Below the pieces are notes generated by a model that made no database searches, was not told the DNA's origin, and saw only the letters and a list, made by a program, of their open reading frames with translations. DNA of 64,000 nt from Verrucomicrobiota bacterium (GTDB lineage Bacteria; Verrucomicrobiota; Verrucomicrobiia; Limisphaerales; CANJSG01). Positions 1 to 8,968 of the stretch are shown piece by piece. The DNA is taken from positions 25,336 to 89,335 of the forward strand of contig CANJSG010000001.1 of assembly GCA_947476875.1 (NCBI GenBank), in the 5' to 3' direction. The stretch's first letter is position 1, and each line of letters begins with the position of its first letter. The position numbers were made by a program, and so were the translations under genes.

Positions 1-709
1 TATTGCGAAGCGATGAAGCAAAACCCGTGGCAATTGCGTCATTGCTGGTGTAGTCGACCATCCGATACTGATACCCAATCCGCGCGGAGGTCTGCGGCTG
101 CACAAACCAGATCAGGCTTCCTGAAACCAGATGCTCCCACCGATCCAGCAAAGCCGAATAGCTACCAACCCCCGACTGCTTGAAGTCGTAGCGGTTGTTC
201 ACGTAACCAAGGTCATATCCGAAGGTCTTGGAGAAGTCCCCGCGAAACAGGATGTCAACGTTGTTACGGAAATTGTCGCCGGAGGTGCGAAGCACGTTTC
301 CAGCGCCGTTAAGCACCTCGGGATCCTGAGAAATCGAAAATGACTCTTTGACCTTCAGATTATAGCGCTCAGAGAACGAATGATCGAGGCTGAGGTCGAA
401 ATGATGGGCAAGATCCCACTGTTTGGCAGCGCGATCGTCGAAGTATTTGCCGGAGAACTCGTATCCACCCTGGATCAAGGTCTGATCAAGTGGGATGTTG
501 AATCCGATGCGGGGAGTAACCTCCAAACCAAAACTGCTCTGAGCGGTCGCACTGGACGAAGTGTTGTAGTTGTCGTCGTAGAAGCCACGGACGCCCGCTG
601 AAACAGTCCAGCCCTTGGCATCCGAGGTGGTCAAACCCGGAGCATAGACGGCGTGCAAGCTGACAGCTCCAAGTGCCAGAATCCCTACTGAAGTGGTGAT
701 GGTTTTCAT
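1..709 (-). CDS. Secreted beta-barrel-type outer-membrane protein (C-terminus beyond window edge)
   Basis: ATG at 709-707 (reverse strand) gives a signal-peptide-like MKTITTSVGILALGAVSLHA. I translated all 236 codons down to base 2 and found no stop. Gly/Tyr/Asp/Asn-rich alternating segments (GYEFSGKYFDD, GYDLGYVNNRYDF, ARIGYQYRMVDY) are typical of beta-barrel OMPs. It is absent from the ORF track because it has no stop inside the window. Confidence 0.55.
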   Translation of the reverse strand, partial: MKTITTSVGILALGAVSLHAVYAPGLTTSDAKGWTVSAGVRGFYDDNYNTSSSATAQSSFGLEVTPRIGFNIPLDQTLIQGGYEFSGKYFDDRAAKQWDLAHHFDLSLDHSFSERYNLKVKESFSISQDPEVLNGAGNVLRTSGDNFRNNVDILFRGDFSKTFGYDLGYVNNRYDFKQSGVGSYSALLDRWEHLVSGSLIWFVQPQTSARIGYQYRMVDYTSNDAIATGFASSLRN

Positions 710-829
710 ATCTGCAAATTTACCCTGCCATTATCGGCCGAAGACAAAAAGCCTTAAGGCCGCGCGTAGTTAGGTTGTCTGGAGCTGCGGTGTCAAACGT
801 GAATCTCCAATTCTGCGTCCTTGCGGTTG

Positions 830-2659
830 TCATCTTTGAGATGTCCCCCGCCAACGCTCCCAATTGCTTAACAAAAGCTGGCCTGAATCGAGAAAGCCGG
901 GTGGAACCTTTCGCAGCGGAAAACCGGTCGGGACCTCTCCACGTGAGAAAATATCCGATGCAAACCGTCCCCAACTTCGCGTCTGCTTCCACATTCCGGA
1001 GTGAAACCGGGCATCAAGAGTGCGCGGAGTGAGGTAAACGATTCCCACCGTTTTCAACGCATCATTGACGAAGTAGAAATCCTCGCTGCTATCCAAGGTG
1101 AGCCACATGGCACGCCGATCGCCATACCACGCGACGGCCCAGGGAACATCCGACATCAGCATTTCCTCGGGATGCATCCATTTGCCAATCTGACCAAAAA
1201 GAGGCGGAAAGTAAGGAGGGTATGCCACTGGATTCGTCCTTGGCGGCATGAGATGGAACATCAATGCCAAGCTGAATAGGCACACGGCGCCGCCTTGGAT
1301 GACATATCGGAGGGGCCTGAACGGTAGAATGATCTGGTCAAGGAGCACCATGAAGAAGCCCGCACCAAAAACCAAAATCATGGGAACGACGACAATGAGG
1401 AGCGCATCCCCATTGATGTCTGGATTTTCTGTCACGCGAAAGGTTCTCGAGCCTGCATGGATCAACAGGGCCACGGGAACCGCCATCAGAAGAAACCAAC
1501 GAAGCCTCCCGATCGACGGGTTCATGAAAGGCAGAAGCAGGCCCGGGAGGAAGAAGGCAATCGCCCAGGAGCTTCCCATTCCCGGGACATCCTTCTCCAC
1601 CATTCCCCTAAGATTGGTGGTGAGTTTTCGCCCCATCTCTTTGGCGATCGCTCCAAATTCCATCAGGCCGGAAACCGCCCCGTCGGTCCCTCGAACGGCC
1701 TTGAAGTCCAAACTGCGCGGCAGTGTTTCGCCGGGGAAAAGGCTGGTCTCTTCCAAAGCCGAATAAGGAGCCGAACCAAACGGATTTCCTACGACCCGGA
1801 TGTTGCGGATAGCCCAAGGCGAGAACACCAGCAGCATCGCAACCAACGCAACTGCCGGACCGGCGATGCGGACTGGCCTCGCCCAAACGACGAGGAACAC
1901 AACCACCGGAAGAACGAAAAACCCGAACGAATATCGGGTCAGCATTCCAAGCCCAAGCACAAGACCAGCGAGAAAGCATTTTAGGACCAGCGCTCCGGGC
2001 GACGATTTCGTTTCCGATGAAACTCCAGCCTCAATCTGCAGCAGCAGCCAGGTCAGGATCAGAAAAAGCAGGATTAGCAGGCTCGTATTCATCCCGGAAA
2101 CCGTGAACCGCCAGAAAACGTCGCCGCCGACGAGGAACGCCGCTGAAAGCCAGGCGGTTTGAACATCGAAGAGCTTCCTTGCGATCAAAAAAACAATGCC
2201 AACGGCTGCCGCAAATAGCAGCTGGTTGAAGATCGCAACCACCCGCTCGGGAAGGTAGGTGCTGAAGGGCTCCTTCCGGGTTTCACTGATCTCAAACATT
2301 TTCTCAGGCAGCAGCTTGAACAAACCTGCCACGATCAAAGGGTAAAGTGGCGCGTTGGAAATATCGGGAACAGCGCCCTTCAGGACCGTCTTTTCGTCCA
2401 AGCCCTGCCGTTTCATCTGTTCCTGCAGGAGGAAGACGTCGAACGGTTTGATGAAACCCGTCGTGAACCCCTTCCCAAGGGCGATGTTCCTCGCCAGTTG
2501 CGCGTTGTCCATCGCGTCGGGCGTCTCGAAATTCCGGTAGCACCGGTAGTTGAACAGCGCCCCGACACCCACGATCAGCAGAAGCGCCACCGAGATCCGG
2601 ACCCACTTGGCTCCGCCGCCCTCTTCCAGCTTGTAGATCAGCTCTTGCAGTCCCGCCAT
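830..2659 (-). CDS. Polytopic membrane glycosyltransferase, GT39/ArnT/PMT_2-like
   Basis: 609-aa ORF with about 10 or more hydrophobic helices. The first-loop motif ETPDAMDNAQLARNIALGKGF resembles the DE/DxD loop of ArnT/PMT_2 enzymes, and the C-terminal domain is soluble. The start lies 2 nt after the stop of the upstream response regulator. Confidence 0.5.
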   Translation of the reverse strand: MAGLQELIYKLEEGGGAKWVRISVALLLIVGVGALFNYRCYRNFETPDAMDNAQLARNIALGKGFTTGFIKPFDVFLLQEQMKRQGLDEKTVLKGAVPDISNAPLYPLIVAGLFKLLPEKMFEISETRKEPFSTYLPERVVAIFNQLLFAAAVGIVFLIARKLFDVQTAWLSAAFLVGGDVFWRFTVSGMNTSLLILLFLILTWLLLQIEAGVSSETKSSPGALVLKCFLAGLVLGLGMLTRYSFGFFVLPVVVFLVVWARPVRIAGPAVALVAMLLVFSPWAIRNIRVVGNPFGSAPYSALEETSLFPGETLPRSLDFKAVRGTDGAVSGLMEFGAIAKEMGRKLTTNLRGMVEKDVPGMGSSWAIAFFLPGLLLPFMNPSIGRLRWFLLMAVPVALLIHAGSRTFRVTENPDINGDALLIVVVPMILVFGAGFFMVLLDQIILPFRPLRYVIQGGAVCLFSLALMFHLMPPRTNPVAYPPYFPPLFGQIGKWMHPEEMLMSDVPWAVAWYGDRRAMWLTLDSSEDFYFVNDALKTVGIVYLTPRTLDARFHSGMWKQTRSWGRFASDIFSRGEVPTGFPLRKVPPGFLDSGQLLLSNWERWRGTSQR

Positions 2660-2661
2660 GG

Positions 2662-4050
2662 TCAGAATCCTTCCAGATGATACGTGTGCAGCTTCCGGTG
2701 CAGTGTGCGCCGGCTCATGCCAAGTTTTTGAGCCGCCAGCGTGCGGTTTCCACCGCTCTCCTGCAAGGCACGGATCATCAACTGCCGTTCCGCGTCCTTG
2801 ACCGAAAGCTCCGCGATCGGCGGTCCACCAGCTTCGGGGCTCGTCGCGGCAACACTCGGTGAAGGCACCGCGGGCGCCCGAAGGGACGCCGGCAGGTCGC
2901 GCAATGTCACCCGGTCCGCCTTCGCGAAAACCACCGCATGTTCGATCGAAGTCCGCAGCTCGCGCACGTTGCCGGGCCAGCCGTAGCGCATCATCGCTTC
3001 GAGCGCGTCGACCGTGAAATCACCGATCTTCTTGCCGTTCTCCTTGGCGAACTCCTTCAAAAACGCCGACGCCAGCAGCGGAACATCCGCTTGGCGTTCC
3101 CGCAGCGACGGCATGTGGATCTCCACCACTTTGAGGCGCCAGTAGAGGTCTTCCCGGAAAGTCCCCGCCTTCACCATTTCCTCCAGCTTCTTGTTCGTCG
3201 CAGCCACTAGACGCACGTCGGAGGTCAACGTTTTGTTCGAGCCTACCCGTTCGAAAGTCCGCTCGCCCAAAAAGCGCAGCAGCTTCACCTGGATGATCGC
3301 GTCAATCTCACCGATCTCGTCGAGAAAGAGGGTTCCGCCCTGTGCCTGCTCGACACGTCCAATGCGGCGTTCGTGGGCTCCGGTGAAGGCTCCCTTCTCG
3401 TGCCCGAAAAGTTCGCTCTCCAGCAAGGCCGCCGGCAACGCGGCACAATTGACCGTCACCAACGACGCCTTCGCCCTTGGACTGAGCTGGTGGATCGCCT
3501 TTGCAATGACCTCTTTGCCGGTGCCGCTTTCGCCCTGGATCAGCACGTTGCTCCGGCTCGGCGCCACCTGCTTGATCGTGTCGATGATCTCCACCATCTC
3601 CGGCGTCTTGCCGATGATGTTCTCCAAGCCGAAGCGCGTATCCAGTTGCTGGCGGAGCTCCGTGTTCTCCGTTTCCAGCTTCTGCCGGCGCAACGCCCTT
3701 CCGATCCGCATCTCCAACTCGTCGATCTGCAACCGCCCCTTCGCGATATAGTCGTCCGCTCCCCGCTTCATGGCCTCGACGGCGATTTCCTCGCTGCCAT
3801 AAGCCGTCATCAGAATGCAGACCGGCGGTTTGGAAAGAGCCTTGGCCCGGGCAATCAGCTTCAACCCGTCCTCATTCGGCAGGCGGAAGTCGGTCAACAT
3901 CACGTCGAAATTCTCCTGCTCCAGTAGCAGGCCCGCCGCCGCCGCATCCTCGGCCACGTAGACGTCGTAATGGTCCTCCAACGCCGCGCGGAGGCCTTCC
4001 CGCGTGGGTTTTTCGTCATCAACGATGAGAAGCATGGGCTTCGCGTCCAT
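2662..4050 (-). CDS. Sigma54-dependent response regulator (NtrC/AtoC family enhancer-binding protein)
   Basis: Receiver domain (LLIVDDE...DVMLTDFRLP), AAA+ Walker A GESGTGKE, the sigma54-contact motif GAFTGA, and a C-terminal Fis-type HTH (AAQKLGMSRRTLHRKL). Confidence 0.93.
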   Translation of the reverse strand: MDAKPMLLIVDDEKPTREGLRAALEDHYDVYVAEDAAAAGLLLEQENFDVMLTDFRLPNEDGLKLIARAKALSKPPVCILMTAYGSEEIAVEAMKRGADDYIAKGRLQIDELEMRIGRALRRQKLETENTELRQQLDTRFGLENIIGKTPEMVEIIDTIKQVAPSRSNVLIQGESGTGKEVIAKAIHQLSPRAKASLVTVNCAALPAALLESELFGHEKGAFTGAHERRIGRVEQAQGGTLFLDEIGEIDAIIQVKLLRFLGERTFERVGSNKTLTSDVRLVAATNKKLEEMVKAGTFREDLYWRLKVVEIHMPSLRERQADVPLLASAFLKEFAKENGKKIGDFTVDALEAMMRYGWPGNVRELRTSIEHAVVFAKADRVTLRDLPASLRAPAVPSPSVAATSPEAGGPPIAELSVKDAERQLMIRALQESGGNRTLAAQKLGMSRRTLHRKLHTYHLEGF

Positions 4051-4231
4051 CCGCGAAACTCAATCACAACGTTCCTCACCCGCACAACCTGAATGCCAAA
4101 GTGTCCCAGCCGATCGACCAACCCATTGAGCCTGGTTGGCAGTCGACAAACCGTCCGGGAGCCTCAGTTCAATCTGAGATCAGCAGCGCGGCAGCGTTTC
4201 CAACCACGAGATCCCGGACCCATTCACACCG

Positions 4232-5446
4232 TCAGGTCGGCCCGGCCAGCAGCTTCGGCTGCCGTTCGGCCAGCGGGAACCACAGCCGGAAGACCGTCCC
4301 CTTGCCCACGTTGCTCTCCAGCTCGATGCGGCCGCCGTGTTCCCGGACAATGCGCTGGACGATCATCAGGCCGAGCCCCGTCCCCTTGGTCTTCGTCGTG
4401 TAGAACGGCTCGAAGATGCGGTTGATCTGTTCCTGGGGAATGCCGCCGCCCGTGTCGGTCACGCTGACCCAGACGCCTTCGTTGGTTTGTCCGGTCGCCA
4501 ACGTCAGCGCGCCATCCTTGCTCATGGCCTGCATGGCGTTTTTCATCAGGTTCACCAAGGCCTGCTTGATCTGCGATACGTCCAACGGCGCCGGATCCAG
4601 CCGCCGAGCACATTTGTCGCGGACGGTGATCCCGCGGTTCTCCATCTCCGGACGAAGAAGATTCAGGGTGTCCAGAACCACGTCGTTGAGCGACGCCGGC
4701 TTGAGGTTGGGCTTCGTCGGGCGGATGGCTTGAAGGAACTGCGTAATGATGTAGTCGAGCCGGGTGATCTCGCCCTTGGCGACGTCGAGGTAGCCATCAA
4801 CCTTGTCGAGGATCTCTGCGGCATCGGCCGAAGAAGCCGGTTTGCTTCCACGCAGCAGCGCCTGACGGAGCTTCTTCGATTCCCGGGTGATGAGCTGGAG
4901 ATGGATGTGGAGCGCGTTGAGCGGATTGCCGATCTCGTGGGCAACGCTTGCCGCCAGCAACGTCAGGGCCTGGATGCGTTCGCTCTCGATCGCCTCGAAG
5001 GTCTCCTGCCGGGCTTCGGTGGCGTCGTGCAGGATGAGAGCAAGTCCGGAGCTGCCCTTGGAATCGCCGTCGAGCGGCGCCGCGTAAAGCCGGACGAACC
5101 GCGGCTCAGGATAGGAGATCTCGAATTCATGGCGGACGACCCTTGGGCCTCCCTTGATGTCGAGTTTGCTGAGCCGCTTCCAGTCGAGTTCCGGGAGGAA
5201 CTTGGTGATCGGTTCGCCATCGGCGCCGTCGGTCGGGAGGTTCAACAGGCGGACAGCCCCTTCGTTGAAGTAGAGGATGCGCCCGGCTTCATCGACCACG
5301 AGGACGCCGTCCTCGATGGTGTTGAACAGCATCTCGAGGAACGCCCGCTCGCGCGCCAACCGCTCAAGCACCGTCTGCATGCCCTGCGGATCCAGCCGTC
5401 CTATCCGGCCGAGGACGCGGTCAAGGAAGCTGGTCTTGGGAGCCAT
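4232..5446 (-). CDS. Cytoplasmic PAS-domain sensor histidine kinase (NtrB/AtoS-like)
   Basis: PAS-like N-terminus (LFNTIEDGVLVVDEAGRILYFNEGA), H-box SVAHEIGNPLNAL, N-box LVNLMKNAMQA, and G-boxes DTGGGIP and GTGLGL. No TM helix. Confidence 0.9.
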   Translation of the reverse strand: MAPKTSFLDRVLGRIGRLDPQGMQTVLERLARERAFLEMLFNTIEDGVLVVDEAGRILYFNEGAVRLLNLPTDGADGEPITKFLPELDWKRLSKLDIKGGPRVVRHEFEISYPEPRFVRLYAAPLDGDSKGSSGLALILHDATEARQETFEAIESERIQALTLLAASVAHEIGNPLNALHIHLQLITRESKKLRQALLRGSKPASSADAAEILDKVDGYLDVAKGEITRLDYIITQFLQAIRPTKPNLKPASLNDVVLDTLNLLRPEMENRGITVRDKCARRLDPAPLDVSQIKQALVNLMKNAMQAMSKDGALTLATGQTNEGVWVSVTDTGGGIPQEQINRIFEPFYTTKTKGTGLGLMIVQRIVREHGGRIELESNVGKGTVFRLWFPLAERQPKLLAGPT

Positions 5447-5549
5447 GGTTCAATTCAAAATTTGATATGAGGAGATGCAAAATGCCGGCAACGCGGCCCG
5501 CAATCCTCCGGACAGTTTTTCATCGGCCCCTTTGTCATTTTGAATCGTC

Positions 5550-6575
5550 TCAGAGCCATTTCTTCCGTTTGAACCACCAGTAGGTGATGAGGCTCGAGGC
5601 GACTGTCACGGCGATGGCGATTCCGTAGCCGTGCTTCCACTCGAGCTCGGGCATTCCCTTGAAATTCATCCCATACCAGGTCGCCACCATCATGAGGGGC
5701 GTGGTGATCAGCGTGATCAGGGTCAGCAGCTTGACGACCTCGCCGGTCTCGTTCGACGACATGTTGAGATAGACCTGCAGGATGCCGGTCAGCGAATCCG
5801 TGTAGTTCTGCGCGAGCTCGGAGATGTGGAACAGGCCGTCGTAGACGTTGCGGTAATACGGCACGAGATGGCCGCGGATCATCTTGAACTCGCCCCGGGC
5901 GAACCGTGCCAGCACCTCGCGCTGCGGGCCGATGATCTGCCGCAGGTGGAGCACTTCCTTCTTCACCTGGAGGATCTTGTTCAACGTGTCCTTCGTCGGC
6001 GAGGTCAGGGCGAGTTGCTCGAGTTCGGCGATCTCGATGGCGAGCTCCTCCAGGGCCGGCTTGTAGTTCTCGACGATCGCGTCCAGCAGGCTGTGCGCGA
6101 CCCGGTCCGGCGCGCGGGCGATGTGCTGGGTGCTCTTCACGCAGCGCTCTTCGACCAGATGCACCGACCGCAGCGGCGCCTCGTGGAAGGTCACAAGGAA
6201 GCTTTTCCCGAGGAAGAAGTTCAGCTCGCTCGTCGCGAACACCCCGTCCTTGCGGCTGTAGTCGACGGCGTGCATCACCATGAAGAGATACGGCGCAAAC
6301 CGGTCGTCCTCCTTCGGCGAATACTCCTCCACCTTCGGCGACGGGCTGACCATCACGCAGTCCTCGACCGAGAGCGGATGGAAGTGGAACACATCTTCGA
6401 GGATGAACTTGGACTCCTCGGGCGTGGCGTTCTCGAGATCCACCCAGAGGAAGAGGTTCGTGTCCGCCAGCAGCGTCGGCATCAGGAACATGTCGATGTC
6501 CCGCATGTGGAGACGGCCCTGGGTGGTGAAAGCAAACGAACGAACCATGCGGGAATGATTGGCCCGCCGACCCAT
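5550..6575 (-). CDS. corA: Magnesium/cobalt transporter CorA
   Basis: C-terminal two-TM region with the signature YGMNF (ATWYGMNFKGMPELEW). Length is about 340 aa. The true start may be an internal Met (MVRSF...), so the 5' end is uncertain by about 10 codons. Confidence 0.88.
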   Translation of the reverse strand: MGRRANHSRMVRSFAFTTQGRLHMRDIDMFLMPTLLADTNLFLWVDLENATPEESKFILEDVFHFHPLSVEDCVMVSPSPKVEEYSPKEDDRFAPYLFMVMHAVDYSRKDGVFATSELNFFLGKSFLVTFHEAPLRSVHLVEERCVKSTQHIARAPDRVAHSLLDAIVENYKPALEELAIEIAELEQLALTSPTKDTLNKILQVKKEVLHLRQIIGPQREVLARFARGEFKMIRGHLVPYYRNVYDGLFHISELAQNYTDSLTGILQVYLNMSSNETGEVVKLLTLITLITTPLMMVATWYGMNFKGMPELEWKHGYGIAIAVTVASSLITYWWFKRKKWL

Positions 6576-6606
6576 GACGGGTCAAGGCGGCGGGAATCGC
6601 GATGTT

Positions 6607-6940
6607 CTAGAGCCCGGCAATTTCCGCCAGCGGCTCGCCGGACTCGATGAGAGACATCGCCGTCTGGAAGTGCTTTCTGAGAATTTCAGCCAGCGCGGCG
6701 TCCGAAGTATTGCCGCAGGATCTGCGGCGGAGGGCCAAGCCGTTCGAGCAACGCCACGAAGTCGGAGTCCTTCGTCATGAAAATGGCACCGACCTTTCGG
6801 GCCTCGGAGAAAATATGGTCATCCTCCGCATCCCTGAGTCCAAGTTCGCGCAAGGCCAGCGCCTCGAAACCGAACTCAGCAGTGATTCGACGCGCAATCC
6901 TCGGAGAAAGGTGGGCATCGAGCCAGATGAGGCCGGTCAT
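6607..6940 (-). pseudogene. DUF5615 (PIN-like/Mut7-C) toxin-like gene, frameshifted
   Basis: MTGLIWLDAHLSPRIARRI...AIFMTKDSDFVALLERLGPPPQI matches DUF5615 proteins. After codon PQI the frame runs into a stop at 6686. The expected tail CGNTSDAALAEILRKHFQTAMSLIESGEPLAEIAGL* is present in another frame and ends at 6607. The span 6940-6607 is 334 nt, not a multiple of 3. Confidence 0.65.
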
Positions 6941-6962
6941 ACCAGACGTAGGGCCACGGAAA

Positions 6963-7193
6963 CTAGCCGACGGACGCCAAGACCGGATGATCAATCCGAC
7001 GCCTGACATAGGCGATGCAGGCGCGGACATCGGCCAACTCAAGGTCCGGAAGCTCGTCCACGATCTCCTTCTCGCCGAGTCCCGCCTCGAGGAGGTCGAG
7101 AACGTCGCTGACACGGATACGCATTCCCCGGATGCAGGGCCGTCCCCCGCACTGCTTTGGATTCACCGTGATGCGAGCAAGCAGCTTTTCCAT
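6963..7193 (-). CDS. DUF433 domain protein (antitoxin-like partner of DUF5615)
   Basis: 76 aa. ITVNPKQCGGRPCIRGMRIRVSDVLDLLEAGLGEKEIVDELPDLELADVRACIAY is the canonical DUF433 pattern. It lies 22 nt upstream of the DUF5615-like gene. Confidence 0.8.
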   Translation of the reverse strand: MEKLLARITVNPKQCGGRPCIRGMRIRVSDVLDLLEAGLGEKEIVDELPDLELADVRACIAYVRRRIDHPVLASVG

Positions 7194-7242
7194 GGACTCA
7201 ATGTCGGCGATTCGGCCCTTACCCGCAATCCTGCAATCAACC

Positions 7243-8178
7243 TCACCGATCCCGCTTCAACAGATACTCCGCGAGCGCTTCGAGCGCGACCGCCTTGCCT
7301 TTGAAGACACCCAGACTCTTGAACGCACGATCGGTCAACTGCTGCGCGATCTTCTTGGATTTTTCCAAGCCCACGACGCTCGGGTAGGTCGCCTTCTGCG
7401 CCTGGGTGTCCTTGCCGGCGGTCTTGCCGAGCTGCTCGCTCGTCTGGGTGATGTCGAGGATGTCGTCGATGATCTGGAACGCCAGCCCGACGCAGTAGCC
7501 AAACTCGGTCAGCGCCTCCAACTGCTTGGGCGTGCAGTTCGCGCTCATGCCGCCGAGACGCACGGAGCAGCAGAGCAGCGCAGAGGTCTTCCGCTCGTGG
7601 ATGTATTCCAGCTCCTGCTTGGTGAGCTTCTTGCCTTCGCCTTCGAGGTCCGCGACCTGCCCGGCGATGAGCTGGAGCGAACCCGACGCCTTGGCGATCT
7701 CCAGGATGATCTGCCGCATGTCGTAGCGCTTCCACGTGTTGCACTGGGCGGCGATCTCGAAGGCCTGGGTCAACAATGCATCGCCTGCGAGCACCGCAAT
7801 GCCTTCGCCGAAGACCTTGTGGTTCGTCAGCTTTCCGCGCCGGTAATCGTCGTTGTCCATCGCCGGAAGGTCGTCGTGGATCAGCGAATAGGTGTGGATG
7901 CACTCGACCGCGCAGGCCAGCGGCATGGCCTCGGCAATGTCGCCGCTACAGGCCTCGGCCGCGGCGAGCGTGAGCGCAGGCCGCATGCGTTTGCCGCCGG
8001 CGAAGAGCGAGTAGCGCATCGCCTTGTGGATGGTGGCGGGCTTGGTCTTTTCCGAAGGAAGAAAGCGGTCCAACGCCGCGTTCACCTGTTCGGTGCGTTC
8101 AGCGACGTAGGCTTGGAGATCGAAGCTCCGGTTGGCGTTGCGGGCTCCGGCGCGAGTGGCGGTGGACGACATCGCCAA
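7243..8178 (-). CDS. Polyprenyl diphosphate synthase (FPP/GGPP synthase family)
   Basis: First Asp-rich motif LIHDDLPAMDNDDYRRGK and second Asp-rich motif FQIIDDILD. Length 311 aa. Confidence 0.92.
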   Translation of the reverse strand: MAMSSTATRAGARNANRSFDLQAYVAERTEQVNAALDRFLPSEKTKPATIHKAMRYSLFAGGKRMRPALTLAAAEACSGDIAEAMPLACAVECIHTYSLIHDDLPAMDNDDYRRGKLTNHKVFGEGIAVLAGDALLTQAFEIAAQCNTWKRYDMRQIILEIAKASGSLQLIAGQVADLEGEGKKLTKQELEYIHERKTSALLCCSVRLGGMSANCTPKQLEALTEFGYCVGLAFQIIDDILDITQTSEQLGKTAGKDTQAQKATYPSVVGLEKSKKIAQQLTDRAFKSLGVFKGKAVALEALAEYLLKRDR

Positions 8179-8245
8179 GGTTTCTAGGGATCAACGAAAT
8201 GCCCGGCAAGGCGAGAAGATGAATCAGCCCAAGCAGAAAACCTGC

Positions 8246-8777
8246 TCAACCTTCGAGACCGTCATCCTCCCCATGATGGCGCTTGTAGTATCTCTGCCGT
8301 TCTTCAGGAGACATCCGCTCAATGGCCTGAGTTTCTCTCCATTGCATGGCCTCGGCCAACATGGTGAAGGACACGTTCATTCCTTTTGAGGAAACCAGGT
8401 CGCGGATCTTCTGAAGTGGGAGACGGAAGAATTCCTTCCGGAAGTTGATCTTGTTGATCCTCAGATCGTCGAACTCGGTGTGGAGCAGGTATTCCAGCGC
8501 GGGCGCATCCTCGCTCTGGATCATTGCGTGGACATCGAACTCGAACGGAACCGACGCGTCACCAAGCTCCTTGGGCCTGACCTTGCTCCTTGTGGACCGA
8601 GAGAAGCACCTCCAACAGGTTTTCGTGGGTTTCAACTTCAAGGCGTGCCTGTTCGAGCACGGAGAGCTTGGCCTGCTCCTTTGTTCTTCGCGCCAACTCC
8701 TTCTTCGTTTTCTGCGCCTCACGTTGCTGCCGTTTCTCGGCAGCTTCAATTGCTCGGAGTGCGGCTTTCCATCCCAT
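8246..8777 (-). pseudogene. Chimeric or truncated remnant: coiled-coil N-terminus joined out of frame to the C-terminal half of a T5orf172/MUG113 (DUF4041-associated) domain
   Basis: Frame A (8777-8559) reads MGWKAALRAIEAAEKRQQREAQK...SVHKEQGQAQGAW*. Frame B continues from about 8581 as VRPKELGDASVPFEFDVHAMIQSEDAPALEYLLHTEFDDLRINKINFRKEFFRLPLQKIRDLV, the distal half of the T5orf172 domain. The proximal GIY-YIG-like half is missing. Confidence 0.6.
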
Positions 8778-8884
8778 TGGTTTGCCGAAAGCTGGCTTGG
8801 GCTAGTGGGAGGAGCAACGCGAAACATCTGCCTCTCAAAGAGGTGCCCGCTTGGAAAGCAGGTCGCATCCAAAGGGAGAAGAGT

Positions 8885-8968
8885 TGGTGCGGACGAGAGG
8901 ACTTGAACCTCCACTCCTTACGGAACCAGATCCTAAGTCTGGCGCGTCTGCCATTTCGCCACGTCCGC
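8885..8968 (-). tRNA. tRNA-Leu(UAG): tRNA-Leu (anticodon UAG), class II with long variable arm, CCA encoded
   Basis: Reverse strand: GCGGACG-TG-GCGAAATGGCAGACGC-GCCAGA-CTTAGGA-TCTGG-TTCCGTAAGGAGT-GGAGGTTCAAGTCCTCT-CGTCCGC-A-CCA. The 7-bp acceptor stem is perfect, the anticodon loop is CT-TAG-GA, and the T-loop is TTCAAGT. Confidence 0.93.

Noticed and set aside
713-730. A sigma54-like -24/-12 motif on the reverse strand (TGGCAG-GGTAAAT-TTGCA), just upstream of the OMP gene and downstream of the NtrC-type regulator operon.
   Set aside because: The GG-to-GC spacing is 2 nt longer than the strict TGGCAC-N5-TTGC geometry. The -12 element would also sit only about 4 nt from the ATG, leaving no room for a leader or RBS.
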